Below are positions 38,766 through 54,199 of a DNA stretch of 64,000 nucleotides, in pieces. Numbering within the stretch: position 1 is the stretch's first letter; each line of letters begins with the position of its first letter. The notes under the pieces were generated by a model. That model worked only from the letters and a program-made list of their open reading frames with translations. It had not been told where the DNA came from and searched no databases. The translations under genes and the position numbers were made by a program. This DNA comes from Paraspadella gotoi (taxonomy: Eukaryota > Animalia > Chaetognatha), in contig CM119265.1 of the NCBI GenBank assembly GCA_051294375.1, positions 24,409,861-24,473,860 of the forward strand. Direction: 5' to 3'.

Positions 38766-39670
38766 ATGTGGGTCCGTTAATCTGTAGGTCTGTGGTGTAA
38801 AATTGGAAACGGGTTGTTGGAGATCCGAGGAGACGGAGGAAGCGCAGCGGCCAGAGTGTAAATCCGCAAGGGAAGATGTGGCATAAGAATTTGAATGTTC
38901 TGCCGGAAAAAGAGACGAGAGAGAAAGGGAAAAAAAAGGAAGAAAGGAAAAGGAAAGGTGAGGCGGTGTTAAAGAATTGTGCCTTGGGGGGGCAAAAGAA
39001 AAGAAAGGAAAAGAAAAGAAAGAAAGAAAGGGTTGAGAAGGATGAAGATGGATAAGACAGTCATATATGAATCTGGAAGACAAAAGAAAGGTAAATGGTA
39101 AAAGGTTAAAGGTAAACTAAAGAAAAGAAAAGAAAGAAAGAAAAGAAAGAAAGAAAAGAAAAAGAAATAGAAAGAAAAGAAAAGAAAAGAAAGAAAGGAA
39201 AACGGGCAGCGGACGGAAAGTGGAGGGAAAAGAATCCTTGTTCTATTTGCTTCAGTTTTCGGTTTCTTGAGGCTCCAATTTCATCAGGCATACAAATGTA
39301 TTTCGGAATAACAAATTGTCTCGAGAAAATATAATTATTCTATACAGTCGCTTTAAAAATGCGTATTACTGGAAAGCCTTTTTTTTTTTTTTTGGAAGGA
39401 AATAGCCAAAATAAAGTTGGAAACTGACTGAAAGAAAGTTTAATATCATCTCATCGATGTCAAGATAACGAATTTTCTATTTTTCTTTTCTCTTTTGTAC
39501 TTTTGTTTATTTTCCAATGTTTTCGCAGCGAGCGTCGGTTTTCTGGCTTAAATTTTATCTCCTGCATATAATTAAACATAAACACGTTCAAATCGCCAGA
39601 ATTAAAATGTAATAAAATAATATTCCAATCATTCAATAATTATCAGTTCCGTGCATGAGTGCAATATAGG

Positions 39671-40207
39671 TGTTAAAGAGTTTATAATGATTTTTATCTG
39701 AATTGAGCCTGGACCTTTATTTTTGGAAGGCTCAAATATCTGAATTGAAGTTTAATTGAAACGACTCGAATAATTCTGTTTAAAGTCACTAATAGGTTGA
39801 ATTATACATTGAATTTGAATAACTGGTCTCTCATTGGTTAATAATAACTAGTAGATGATTTGATTTTAATTTCTCAGAATGTGAACTCTCCTCTCATTGG
39901 TTGTTATAATTTTTCCTTGTATATAAAAGGAGAGTAAATCTCTGAGACCATCAGGTAATAAATGATATTCGTTAAAATTACTTGAATATGGTAATTAATT
40001 AATTAATTAAGTTTTCATGTAGCTTTGAACTACTGCTGTAGCTGCTGCGTCTCGGCTCAGCTGCTGCATCTTGGCTCTGTTGCTTATCTCTGTCATGCTG
40101 ATGCACGTCTCTCAATGATATTGAATACTTAATAAAGTTATATTCTCCTTTTATCTTTTGATATACGGATTGAGTATATTAAGTCGAGATTAAGCACTGC
40201 TCAAACA
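39671..40207 (+). mobile_element. LTR-like segment (second copy ~46952-47494)
   Basis: TGTT...AACA ends, two ctctcattggtt CCAAT-type boxes, TATATAAAAG (~39920) and AATAAA (~40131) in U3-R-U5 order. No TSD seen. Confidence 0.4.
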
Positions 40208-43200
40208 ATTGTTTCTCAATCTCAAACTGAAACCCCCCCAAGTATAGGTTAGTTGAATGTAATGATTTACTTTTAAGCTGAGAAAACAAAGCATCTTAAA
40301 AGTTTTGCAAATTGATATGATATCTAAATCCAGTCAACTAAGTAAATAACTAAATTAACTTAATTAAAAGAATGACAAAGAAGATGAATGATGTATGATC
40401 TCACACGATATGATTTCATACAATAAAACGAGACCAAAGAAAGACGAAAAGCATTTTAAATCCAGGACACGTTTCGTTCATCACAAAAAGAGGTGGATAT
40501 GGAACACGGGCGGATGGTGAACGAGAACAAGATGGTGAAAGGGATGGGTAGATTTTTGTGAATCACTATTAAAATAACTGTAACTTAATATGATTCCGGT
40601 TAATCAAAGTAAAATGGGCGGGTGATTGAAAAATAAGTGGGAATGGAAAGCGAACTTAGGAGAGCGCAATCGCAGTATTTGATTGTTGAATAATTAGGCC
40701 TCTGAATAACTCGACCCGTGAAGTGAGAGATGTAGTGAAGATGAAATATAAGATGAAGTGAGAAATTAAGTGAAGATGAAGTAAAGAATCGAAGTGAAAG
40801 ATCGAGAATATTTTTGACGATAAAAAAAATGAAGTCGCACTCGGTGAATTCTATATGAACAAAGACTTTATTTTTTTTTATTCTTCAATTTCTGCCTCGA
40901 GCAAAAAAGAAAAAAAAAAAAAAATAGGATTCCAATTTTTTTTTCTGGTTCTACGAACACGAGCGCATGAACATTTTTCTCTTCTTACTTGCGTCCTGTT
41001 CTTCTGTTCTCTGTTCTGTTCTCTTCTTCTGTTCTTTCTAATTTGCGTCCTGATTCTCTTCTTCCTTGGGTCCTGTTCTCTCTGTCGTTCTTTTCGCCTG
41101 TTTTCTCTTCATTGAGTCATGTTCTTAATTCATGGTTTCTTTCTCTTCTATCATCTTCATCTTTTTTTTCTACCTCCCTTCCTCCCTTCCCTCTCGCTTC
41201 TCGCTCTTTCTACTCAATTCCCTTCATCTTTCTCCTTTTTTTCTCTCTCTTCTCTCTTTCTATTTTTCCTCTCTCTTCTCTCTCTTACCTCCATCTCACC
41301 CTCTCTCTCTCACCCCCTCTCTCTCTCTCCCTTCTTCTCCTCTCCAGGGGTATAGAACGATTCATCATTTCCATCAGATTAACATTCCGTCCATTTCTCC
41401 TCGACCACTGTTTTTTTTTTTTTTTTCCTTTTTCGTTCCGTGCCTTTAGGTTTTAGTTAACATATTTTTTTTTTAAATTCAACTAGAATAAAACTTTTTT
41501 CCCGTTGCAAGAAGCGTAAAAATAAAAAGGAAAAGAAGAGGAAAAATTAGTTAAAAAAAGTTAATTGAATTAAAATTTCAAACGGGCGACGGGAAAGTGA
41601 GAAAAATAAAATTAAAAGAGAGTTTTAAATTTTATTTTAATTCGGCTGGACTGAATTTTTTAGAAATAAAACAACACCCTCTGGTATGGTTAATTATTTG
41701 AGCCGGGGACAATGAAAAATTTATTCGAGATATGTTTTGCTGTCGTCGTCGTCGTCTTTCTCGTTTCACTGGTTTGATAAAATATATTAGAGATCAGTCA
41801 ATTATGTATCAACGATCAATCCAATCCGACATTGAGTCGCGAGATCGTTCCCTGTTTTTATAGAGGTCAGGAAAAGACTGGCAAGAGGTGAGGCGCGGCG
41901 AAGTGCGAGGCAACTCACTTTAGCTCCTTTTATAATGTCCTAAGCTATGTTTATTTTAAACGTAACAAGAAGTCAACCAAAAATGAAACGATCATCGTCG
42001 TCGTCGTCGTCGTCCGCATGATGCATCTGTCATCGTGGAATTTCCATCAGTAGAAAAACTAATGAATAGAATGCGGCACTCATCGTCGTCGTCGTTGTCG
42101 TCGATTTCTCTGGTCTGTTGATGTCGTTGATTTTTATTCGTGTTGTTGTCAGTCGTCGTCTTTCCATCACGAGTCTCATCATTTCGAAGGGCTAACGACC
42201 CAACCGGGATACGCGGACCATCGCGTGTTTTGTTGTTGTTCTTGTCGTTGTCGTTGTTCTGTTTTCAGTTACGCGTCGTCGTCGTCGTCGTCGGTCGTCA
42301 TCGTTGATGATTTTAATTAAACATTTGATTAATTTAAATCGGAGAGATCGAGTTAGTCGATTTTACGGATCGAGTATTAATCTTTTTTTTTTTTATGTAA
42401 TATCTATGTTCGATTGACTGTTTATCGGCGAGCATTGCATTTGTACCCCTTCAAATTGGTGGCCCGGACATAATTTCATTCATTAGATACGGGTCGCCCG
42501 CCCCCTTGTTGCTTATTCCTCGAAAAGCGTACTGCCGGTCGTAAAACGCCGATGTAAAACTTCTAAGCCCCGGGCCTCGTTCATCGATGAAGAGGGGACT
42601 CTCGAAGCCCGACTTAGCTCCTTATCAAAATGATCCGTCTAACCAAACCCCTACCATAATCCTCAATAACTAACCTAATTCCGCTCGGAAGCAGAAATGG
42701 GCCATTTTCGGGACATTTTGGCCCACTTCGTCTTCTTCGCTTGGTGGCGATTTTATCGACGTCGCTTATGCATAGCTTGTCAAAATGCTTGATCGTCATC
42801 AGCGTCATCATTTTGATTTTTCGCCAAAATGCTTGTCTTGGTCGACAACGACTTCGCCTCAACTTAGTCAATTGAGATCAAAACGCTGCTTTAATCCAGG
42901 TCACTCTTTGTCACAGTGGTTGTAAGCGCGATAGTTGTCGTTGCAATCATCCCTCAACGAAATGTTGGTCACGTAAATCATCATGCCTTGCTTATACTAG
43001 AACTCGTTTTTTTTTTCAATTTTGTAGTCATCCTGTTGTCTTTTGTCGTCGTCATTATAGTCGTCGCCGCATCATCGTTCAAGCATTCGTCGTCGTCGCC
43101 GTCGTCGTCGCAGTCGTCGTCATCGTCGTCATCATCGTCCTCCTTTCCCCTTAACGATCCAACGCGACGACGAGAAACGATTAGCATCTGAAAATCGACG

Positions 43201-43465
43201 GAGGGTAGAGAACGAGAGCGGCAGCCGAGGTGAGTCTGAGAGGGTGACCCTACCTTGGGCCGGAAACGGGGGCCCGGGACGGTTTCTACCTTTTCCTTAC
43301 CCTATTTATTTCGAGGAAGTTTTTACCTTGATTTTATATTTTGAAATAAGTAGTCGATTTTAGGTTTAGACTTAACCGAATGTCGCTCGCCACTTTCAAC
43401 GAAACAATATTAAAATTCGATTGAAACCGATTTAGACTAAGCAGTCAACGCCGACTTATGAGATC

Positions 43466-43612
43466 GGACCTAACTTGGACCTAACAAAACTTGGACCTAC
43501 AAAAACCTTGGAACCTAACAAACTTGGACCTCACAAAACTTGGACCTAACAAAACTTGACCTAACAAAACTGGACCTAACAAAACTTGGACCTAACAAAA
43601 CTGGACCTAACA
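43466..43612. repeat. 16-bp minisatellite (cttggacctaacaaaa); second array 50822-50970
   Basis: About 9 tandem units. Confidence 0.9.
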
Positions 43613-43826
43613 AGCTAATAAGCCTTCCTCATAGCAAAAATCCTGGCTAAGAAAAAATTATGCTTGGTTCGACTGTGATGCGATGTGATGAGTGATAACA
43701 ATGATTAAATCGGAGAGCAAAATTTACAATCTACAATGTACTATGCTGGAGATAACGTAGCCTTAATTGAGACGAGAGGAGTTGAGACGTTGGTTTACAA
43801 CCATTTTACGCGAACGGACCCCAGAG

Positions 43827-43931
<105 letters not shown>

Positions 43932-44078
43932 TTGAATAAGCGGACAATTTAGCCGAGTTGATGACGCCTCTTAGCTCGACGCTCGGGATACGACAACAAC
44001 AACAATAAAAAAATCTACCGTCGCTAGAAAACCAAGAACGATGGCGGCAACCGGCGTCCTAGGGCAGAAAGAGAGAGA

Positions 44079-44165
<87 letters not shown>

Positions 44166-47100
44166 CGTGACGAAGTCAACTGATCGAAAGATTAAGAGAA
44201 TTTTTAAATCAGGCAATGAAATGGCGTTAAATTGTTAACCATCCTTCAACCGTATGATCCCGACGAATACAATTACTCCGTCGCCCAGCAACCGCGCCAC
44301 AAAGCGGCCTCGGTGGCATTTGGCGTGAGTGGCAATGTTTCGCCAATTTGATTCGCGAGAATTGACGCCGGCAAACGCGACCAGTGAAGAGCAGGGCAGG
44401 GCGACGCCTCCCGCTCTGCCACCCACCACGACCTCCTTNNNNNNNNNNNNNNNNNNNNNNNNNCGCACGCGCAAATCGAAGACGGGTCCCCACACGACCT
44501 CGCTCTGTCTCCGGAGCGGACGTTACAGTCTGTTGGTCCGGAAAATTGTAAAAATACAAATGGTTTGAAACTGGCTCATGTATGGAACTACAAGGGTGGA
44601 ACCAAAAGGATGGATTCAAAGAGATAGAACCAAAATGGTGGAACCAAAAGGATGAAATCTATGGAAAATTATGGAACCAAGTCTAAATTGAGTTGTCACT
44701 TGCCTTAAAACCAAAATATTGAATAAAACAAAAACAAAACTTAAAAGAAGAAGAAACATAGAAAATGGTGCGAAAGAATAAAAATCAGGGAATTACGTAC
44801 AAAGATGAAATCAAGCTGGAGATTTCTTCTTAAATTTCAAAAAAGTAAATAATTTTACCGGCGTAAAATTCCATTCCTTCATTAAAATTCCTTAAGGTGA
44901 TTGTCACTTTAATTCCATCGCGTATTCCCTCGAAAGAAATTATTTAAATAAACTCGCGTTCATTAATCAAATAGATTTCTAATTTTTCCTCCCAAAACTT
45001 TTACCTCTACCGCTGACGGACCCAAACTGCGAGAATCGAAAAAGATGNNNNNNNNNNNNNNNNNNNNNNNNNNNNNNNNNNNNNNNNNNNNNNNNNNNNN
45101 NNNNNNNNNNNNNNNNNNNNNNNNNNNNNNNNNNNNNNNNNNNNNNNNNNNNNNNNNNNNNNNNNNNNNNNNNNNNNNNNNNNNNNNNNNNNNNNNNNNN
45201 NNNNNNNNNNNNNNNNNNNNNNNNNNNNNNNNNNNNNNNNNNNNNNNNNNNNNNNNNNNNNNNNNNNNNNNNNNNNNNNNNNNNNNNNNNNNNNNNNNNN
45301 NNNNNNNNNNNNNNNNNNNNNNNNNNNNNNNNNNNNNNNNNNNNNNNNNNNNNNNNNNNNNNNNNNNNNNNNNNNNNNNNNNNNNNNNNNNNNNNNNNNN
45401 NNNNNNNNNNNNNNNNNNNNNNNNNNNNNNNNNNNNNNNNNNNNNNNNNNNNNNNNNNNNNNNNNNNNNNNNNNNNNNNNNNNNNNNNNNNNNNNNNNNN
45501 NNNNNNNNNNNNNNNNNNNNNNNNNNNNNNNNNNNNNNNNNNNNNNNNNNNNNNNNNNNNNNNNNNNNNNNNNNNNNNNNNNNNNNNNNNNNNNNNNNNN
45601 NNNNNNNNNNNNNNNNNNNNNNNNNNNNNNNNNNNNNNNNNNNNNNNNNNNNNNNNNNNNNNNNNNNNNNNNNNNNNNNNNNNNNNNNNNNNNNNNNNNN
45701 NNNNNNNNNNNNNNNNNNNNNNNNNNNNNNNNNNNNNNNNNNNNNNNNNNNNNNNNNNNNNNNNNNNNNNNNNNNNNNNNNNNNNNNNNNNNNNNNNNNN
45801 NNNNNNNNNNNNNNNNNNNNNNNNNNNNNNNNNNNNNNNNNNNNNNNNNNNNNNNNNNNNNNNNNNNNNNNNNNNNNNNNNNNNNNNNNNNNNNNNNNNN
45901 NNNNNNNNNNNNNNNNNNNNNNNNNNNNNNNNNNNNNNNNNNNNNNNNNNNNNNNNNNNNNNNNNNNNNNNNNNNNNNNNNNNNNNNNNNNNNNNNNNNN
46001 NNNNNNNNNNNNNNNNNNNNNNNNNNNNTGTGGGTCCGTTAATCTGTAGGTCTGTGGGTGTAAATTGGAAACGGGTTGTTGGAGATCCGAGGAGACGGAG
46101 GAAGCGCAGCGGCCAGAGTGTAAATCCGTCAAGGGAAGATGTGGCATAAGAATTTGAATGTTCTGCCGGAAAAAGAGACGAGAGAGAAAGGGAAAAAAAG
46201 GAAAGAAAGGAAAAGGAAAGGTGAGGCGGTGTTAAAGAATTGTGCCTTGGGGGGCAAAAGAAAAGAAAGGAAAAGAAAAAAAAGAAAGGGATGAGAAGAA
46301 TGAAGATAGAATAAGACAGTCATATATGAATCTGGAGACAAAAGAAAGGTAAATGGTAAAGATTATAAAGGTTATAAAGGTAAACTATAAAAAAAGAAAG
46401 AAAAGAAAAGAAAAGAAAAGAAAAGAAAAGAAAAGAAAAGAAAAGAAAAGAAAAGAAAAGAAAAGAAAAGAAAAGAAAGCGGGCAGCGGACGGAAAGTGG
46501 AGGGAAAAAGAATCCTTGTTCTATTTGCTTCAGTTTTCGGTTTCTTGAGGCTCAATTTCATCAGCATACAAATGTATTTTCGGAATAACAAATTGTCTCG
46601 AGAAAATATATTATTTATACAGTCGCTTTAAAAATGCGTATTGACTGGGAAAAGCCTTTTTTTTTTTTTTTTGGAAGGAAATAGCCAAAATAAAGTTGGA
46701 AACTGACTTGAAAGAAAGTTTATATCATCTCATCGATGTCAAGATACGAATTTTCTATTTTTTCTTTTCTCTTTTGTATCTTTTGTTTATTTTCCAATGT
46801 TTTCGCAGCGAGCGTCGGTTTTCTGGCTTAAATTTTATCTCCTGCATATAATTAAACATAAACACGTTCAAATTCGCCAGAATTAAAATGTAATAAATAA
46901 TATTCCCAATCATTCAATAATTATTCAGTTCCGTGATGAGTGCAATATAGGTGTTAAAGAGTTTATAATGATTTTTATCTGAATTGAGCCCTGACCTTTT
47001 ATTTTTGGAAGGCTCAAATATCTGAATTTGAAGTTTAATTGAACGACTCGAATAATTCTGTTTAAAGCCACTAATTGGTTGAATTTTATACATTGAATTT

Positions 47101-50100
47101 GAATAACTGGTCTCTCATTGGTTAATAATAACTAGTAGATGATTTGATTTTATTCTCAGAATGTGAACTCTCCTCTCATTGGTTGTTATAATTTTGTCCT
47201 TGTATATAAAAGGAGAGTAAATTCTCTGAGACCATCAGGTATTAAATGATATTCGTAAAATTACTTGAATATGGTAATTAATTAATTAATTAAGTTTTCA
47301 TGTAGCTTTGAACTACTGCTGTAGCTGCTGCGTCTCGGCTCAGCTGCTGCATCTTGGCTCTGTTGCTTATCTCTGTCATGCTGATGCACGTCTCTCAATG
47401 AATATTGAATACTTAATAAAGTTATTATTCTCCTTTTATCTTTTGATATACGGATTGAGTTAATATTAAGTCGAGATTAAGCACTGCTCAAACAATGTTC
47501 TCATCTGAAACTGAAACCCCCCCCAAGTAATAGGTTAGTTGAATGTAATGATTTACTTTTAAGCTGAGAAAACAAAGCATCTTAAAAGTTTTGCAAAATT
47601 GATATGAATATCTAAGATCCAGTCAACTAGTAAATAACTAAATTTAACTTAATTTAAAAGAATGACAAAAAAGATGATGATGTATGATCTCACACGATAT
47701 GATTTCATACAATAAAACGAGACCAAAGAAAGACGAAAAGCATTTTAAATCCAGGACACGTTTCGTTCATCACAAAAAGAGGTGGATATGGAACACGGGC
47801 GGATGGTGAACGAGAACAGATGGTGAAAGGGGATGGGTAGATTTGTGAATCAACTATTTAAAATAAACTGTAACTTAATATGATCCGGTTAATCAAAGTA
47901 AAATGGGCGGGTGATTGAAAAAATAAGTGGCGAATGGAAAGCGAACTTAGGAAGAAGCGGCAATCGGTCAATGAATATGTGACTTGTTGAATATAAATTA
48001 AAGGCCTCTGAATTAAAACTCGACCCGTGAAGTGAGAGATGTAGTGAAAGATGAAATATAAGATGAAGTGAGAAATTAAGTGACAGATGAAGTAAAGAAT
48101 CGAAGTGAAAGATCGAGATATTTTTGACGATAAAAAAAATGAAGTCGCACTCGGTGAAATTCTATGATGAACAAAAGACTTTATTTTTTTTTTATTCTTC
48201 AATTTCTGCTCGAGCAAAAAGAAAAATAAAAAAAAATAGGATTCCATTTTTTTTTCTGGTTCTACGAACACGAAGCGCATTGAACATTTTTCTCTTCTTA
48301 CTTGCGTCCTGTTCCCTTCTGTTCTCTGTTCTGTTCTCTTCTTCTGTTCTTTTCTTAATTGCGTCCTGTTCTCTTCTTCCTTGGGTCCTGTTCTCTTCTG
48401 TTCTGTTCTTTTCGCCTGTTTTCTTCTTCATTGCGTCATGTTCTTAATTCCATGTATTTCTTTCTCTCTCTTATCATCTTCAATCTTTTTTTTCTACCTC
48501 CCTTCCTCCCTTCCCTCTCGCTTTTCTCGCTCTTTCTACTCAATTCCTTCATCTTTCTCCTTTTTTTTCTCTCTCTCTCTCTCTCTTTCTATTTTTCCTC
48601 TCTCTATCTCTCTCTCTACCTCCATCTCACCCTCTCTCTCTCACCCCCTCTCTCTCTCTCCCTCTCTCCTCTCCAGGGGGTTAGAACCGATCATCATTTC
48701 CATCAATTAACATTCCGTCCATTTCTCGCTCGACCACTGTTTTTTTTTTTTTTTTTCCTTTTTCGTTCCGTGCCTTTAGGTTTTAGTTAACATATTTTTT
48801 TTTTAAATTCAACTAGTAATAAAACTTTTTTCCCGTTGCAAGAAGCGTAAAAATAAAAAGGAAAAGAAGAGGAAAAATTAGTTAAAAAAAAGTTAATTGA
48901 ATTAAAATTTCAAACGGGGACGGGAAAGGAGAAAAATAAAATTTAAAAGAGAGTTTTTAATTTTATTTTAATTCGGCTGGCTGAATTTTTAGAAATAAAA
49001 ACAACACCCTCTGTATGGTTAATTATTTGAGCCGGGGACAATGAAAAATTTATTCAGATATTGTTTTGCTGTCGTCGTCGTCGTCTTTCTCGTTTTTCAC
49101 TGGTTTGATATAAATATATTAGAGATCAGTCAATTATGTATCAACGATCAATCCAATCCGACATTGAGTCGCGAGATCGTTCCCTGTTTTTATAGAGGTC
49201 AGGGAAAAGACTGCAAGAGGTGAGGCGCGGCGAAGTAGCGAGGCAACTCACTTTAGCTCCTTTTATAATGTCCTAAGCTATTGTTTAATTTTAAAACGTA
49301 ACAAAGAAGGTCAACCAAAAATGAAACGATCATCGTCGTCGTCGTCGTCGTCCGCATGATGCATCTGTCATCGTGGAATTTTCCATCAGTGAGAAAAGAC
49401 TAATGAATAGAATGCGGCACTCATCGTCGTCGTCGTTGTCGTCGATTTCTCTGGTCCTGTTGATGTCGTTGTTTTATTCGTTGTTGTTGTCGTCGTCGTC
49501 CTTCCATCACGCAGTCTCATCATTTCAGAAGGGCTAACGACCCAACCGGGATACGGGACCATCGCGTTGTTGTTGTTGTTCTTGTCGTTGTCGTTGTTCT
49601 TGTTTTGGTTACGTCGTCGTCGTCGTCGTCGTCGTCATCGTTGATGATTTTAATTAAACATTTGATTAATTAAATCGGTAGATCGAGTTTAGTCGATTTT
49701 ACGGATCGAGTATTAAATCTTTTTTTTTTTAGTAATTCTATTGTTCGATTGACTGTTTATCTGGCGAGCATTGCAATTTGTACCCCTTCAATTGTGGCCC
49801 GGACATAATTTCATATCATTAGATACCGGGGTCGCCGCCCCCTTGTTGCTTATCCTTCGAAAAGCGTACTGCCGGTCGTAAAACGCCGAATGTAAAACTT
49901 CTAAGCCCCGGGCCTCGTTTCATCGATGAAGAGGGGACTCTCGAAGCCGACTTAGCTCCTTATCCAAAATGATCCGTCTAACCAAACCCCTAACCATAAT
50001 CCTCAATAACTAACCTAATTCCGCTCGGAAGCAGAAATGGGCCATTTTCGGGACATTTGGCCCACTTCGTCTTTTCTTCGCTTGGTGGCGATTTTATCGA

Positions 50101-51131
50101 CGTCGCTTATCGCATAGCTTGTCAAAATGCTTGATCGTCATCAGCGTCATCATTTTGATTTTTCGCCAAAATGCTTGGTCTTGGTCGACAACGACTTCGC
50201 CTCAACTTAGTCAATTGAGATCAAAACGCTGCTTTATCCAGGTCACTCTTTGTCACAGTGGTTGTAAGCGCGATAGTTGTCGTTGCAATCATCCCTCAAC
50301 GAAATGCTTGGTCACGTAAATCATCATGCCTTGCTTTATACTAGAACTCGTTTTTTTTTTCAATTTTGTAGTCATCCTGTTGGTCTTTGTCGTCGTCATT
50401 ATAGTCGTCGCCGTCATCATCGTTCAAGCATTCGTCGTCGTCGCCGTCGTCGTCGCAGTCGTCGTCATCGTCGTCATCATCGTCCTCCTTTCCCCTTAAC
50501 GATCCAACGCGAGACGAGACACGATTAGCATCTGGAAAATCGACGGAGGGTTGAGAGAACCGAGAGCGGCAGCCGAGGTGAGTCTGAGGAGGGTTGACCC
50601 TACCTTGGGCCGGAAACGGGGGCCCGGGACGGTTTCTACCTTTTTCCTTACCCTATTTATTTCGGAGGAAGTTTTTACCTGATTTTATATTTTGAAATAA
50701 GTAGTCGATTTTAGGGTTTAGACTTAACACGAATGTCGCTCGCCACTTTCAACGAAACAATATTAAAATTCGATTGAAACCGATTTAGACTAAAGCAGTC
50801 AACGCCGACTTATGAAGATTCGGACCTAACTTGGACCTAACAAAACTTGGACCTAACAAAACTTGGACCTAACAAAACTTGGACCTCACAAAACTTGGAC
50901 CTAACAAAACTTGGACCTAACAAAACTTGGACCTAACAAAACTTGGACCTAACAAAACTTGGACCTAACAAGCTAATAAGCCTTCCCTCATAGCAAAAAT
51001 CCTGGCTAAGAAAAAATTATGCTTGGTTCGATGTGATGCGATGTGATGAGTGATAACAATGATTTAAAATCGGGAGAGCAAAATTTACAATCTACAATGT
51101 ACTATGCTGGAGATAACGTGAGCCTTTAATT

Positions 51132-51265
<134 letters not shown>

Positions 51266-52011
51266 CGTTGACGAAGTCAACTGATCGAAAGATTAAGATT
51301 TTTAAATCAGGCAATGAAATGGCGTTAAAATTGTTAACCATCCTTCAACCGTATGATCCCGACGAATAACAATTACTCCGTCGCCCAGCAACCGCGCCAC
51401 AAAGCGGCCTCGGTGGCAATTTGGCGTGAGTGGCAATGTTTCGCCAATTTGATTCCGCGAGGAATTGACGCCGGCCAAACGCGACCCAGTGAAGAGCAGG
51501 TGCAGGGCGACGCCTCCCGCTCTGCCACCCACCACGACCTCCTTCCCCGCCATCTATTTCCACTTCTCACTTCCCTTTGTGGAAAACAACAACAACAACA
51601 ACAACAGCTTTTTCCTTTCCTTAAACACTCTCCTTTTTTATACATATTTTTTATTTAATCCTTTAACTTTTCTAATTTCAGAAAATATTCTATGATAAAT
51701 TTGAAATTTCTGTCATCGACTTTTCCTTCTCATTATTTATAATCTCTCACAATTCCATATACATTTATCTTCCAGTGCCAAGCATCCTGCCTCTTTGCTG
51801 TATTCCCCTCTATTCTTTTATTCTCTTTACTTTCTCCGTCCATATACTCACCTTATTTCTTCAATCTTCTTTCTTCTCCTCTTCTACCCCCCCCCCTCTG
51901 ATCATACGCCTTCTCTCTTCTCCCAACCTTAGCCCCTGCATCAGTCTATCCCTTACTAGAGTTTAGCGAAAGTTATACTATATGAAAATTCTAAGAGTCA
52001 ATAAGGAACAA

Positions 52012-54192
52012 CGTACGACACAATGAAAAATAACGTGGCGAAACGGTTCGTGCTGATTTTGTACATTAAAATTGTTTCTGAACCAAATTAATTGTCATTA
52101 CTTTTGGTAATATGTGCGATATCACTACTGGACATTACTGTATCTGACCATAACCCTTGGCCATCAACAAAAAAGCTAACTAGATCAAAAATAGTAAAAA
52201 AGATGAAGCAATATAGCTCGAAACGCTTACAAAATTTTAGACCATTGCTTTTATAAATGCAAAAAAATATTAATTATTTAAAACAAAACTTTAACGATAA
52301 CTTAATAGTTAACCGAGACCAAGATGAATATTTTTTCCCATCATTTCCTCAATTTATATGAATCATTTGTTTGTAAATAGTTAATTAATCTAAATAACAA
52401 TATGACAATTCATTTCAATTCTTTATGAATGGGAAGTTTTTTCTGCTTACTCCCTTGTGTCTAATTATTTAATATTTTAAAGGTATTTTCAAAAACCTTA
52501 TATAATTACTATATTTTCATTTTTTTTCAATTCTTTCAAACAAAAACAACATCAATAAAAACATTTTAAATTATAAAAAAAAATTTATTGAATGATTTGG
52601 AAAAAAATATTTTGAAACTGAGAATAATGGATTATGAGTCAGGAAAAAATTTTTGCAATTCTAAAAAAATCAGCCTCAAGCCTTTCGATTTTTCTAGAGG
52701 CTGATTTTTTTTTTTTGATATTTTGATTTTCTATGCAAAACCATTATTCTCAATGAGCATAGGTCGGACAAAATTTTTTTCCAACAATTTGAAAAAATTT
52801 CAACTTTTCTAATTAAGCTTTTTTGGGGGAAATTAATAAATAAATTATTATACAATGGGTACATCTGAAAGTGATATGTCTCTAAATGACAAAAAATTTT
52901 CTTCAAGTTTTATTTTGAAATTTAAGTATTGTATAGCAATAGAAATAAGTGAGATACCCCGCTTTGCCAAAATTTTTATTTAACAAAGATTTGTACTGCG
53001 TAATTTAAAAAAAAGTTTTTTTTTTAATAACTTTTGAAAGAAAGAGGTAGCAAGGTGGATGTGGTATCAATTAAAGCCCAATCATGGGACACCTTTCTAA
53101 AAAGTTTTATTAAATTAAATCCATAAATCTTTACATAGCTTTTGTTTAAATCAGAGTTAAAAGTATAACAAGTTTTTTTTTTTTAAATTCAATGAAGGCA
53201 TATGAAATTTTTTCTTTTTCTTTTGTAATTTGAAAAAGGAAAGACTGAATTACATTTTGTTTATTAAATTTTCTTTATTCCATAAATTGCTTATATTTTT
53301 CAGTTAAAGTAAAAAACAAGCAAAATTTATGTTGTAGCTTGATAAAATGTATTTTTAAATATTAAATGATAAATACAAAAATGTTTTCAGCTTGATATAA
53401 CAGTCTGGACATCTACTTTCTTGTCTGTGAAAAAAAAATCATCATTTTTCATTATCTTTAGCTGAAAACTAAAAGCTTGACAAACTGCTTGTTTATCATA
53501 ATAAAGTTGTAAAAAATTATATGCTGGTAACATATTTGACAAAGAAAAACATCATTGTGTTAAATTGTATTGATATTTTTTTTTAAATATAGCAAGGAAT
53601 TTAATTTTATTATTTATCATCCATTTTAATTAAGAAAAATATTTCTCGTAATAGCCATTGGAAAGGGTTCATTGACTGACTTAATGATGAAATTTTTTAG
53701 ATTTCTTTACTGCCCCATTTCACAAGATATAAAAGGTCATGTTATATGTCAAAAAGTCCAGATTATCTGTACCCTTCTGCAACCTGCATTCCCAAAGTTT
53801 CTTTTTTTCCTTTCAATGTATTAAATAAAAAAAATTATTTGAGAGAACAATTGGCGTGGAGGATGCTATGGTAAGCCTTAGTTACCCCACTTCCCGATCG
53901 TTTTTAAATAAGGTTTTTTTTCCATCTATTTGAGACATACACTAACTATTAGTACTATTATTTTTTTATATACAATTCTATGAATAAATTGAATAAGTAA
54001 CTTTTTAAAAAATTTATCATCTTTCACCCTATATTCAGTCAATCTAAAAAAACAAAAAGATTTTGCATTGATATTTTGGATATCAACATATGAAACTATA
54101 ACGTTTCAAAAAATAAAAAGAAATATAATATTGAACAGTGATTTTTTTTAGCACGGAAACATAAGTTACGCCATTTTTCATTGTGTCGTACC
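52012..54192. mobile_element. 2.2-kb AT-rich TIR DNA transposon (non-autonomous or decayed), 4-bp TSD ACAA
   Basis: Left end gtacgacacaatgaaaaat..cgt..tcgtgct is the reverse complement of the right end agcacg..acg..atttttcattgtgtcgtac. ACAA occurs at 52008-52011 and 54193-54196. No long ORF inside. Confidence 0.7.
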
Positions 54193-54199
54193 ACAAGTA

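Noticed and set aside
39255-39295. Minus-strand CTGATGA...GAAAC hammerhead-like motif (also ~46535-46570)
   Set aside because: No stem III with an NUH cleavage triplet and no stem I can be formed.
42600-42980. Possible minus-strand exon in duplication 3
   Set aside because: No recognisable motif, and it is frameshifted between copies, so it cannot be supported without RNA data.
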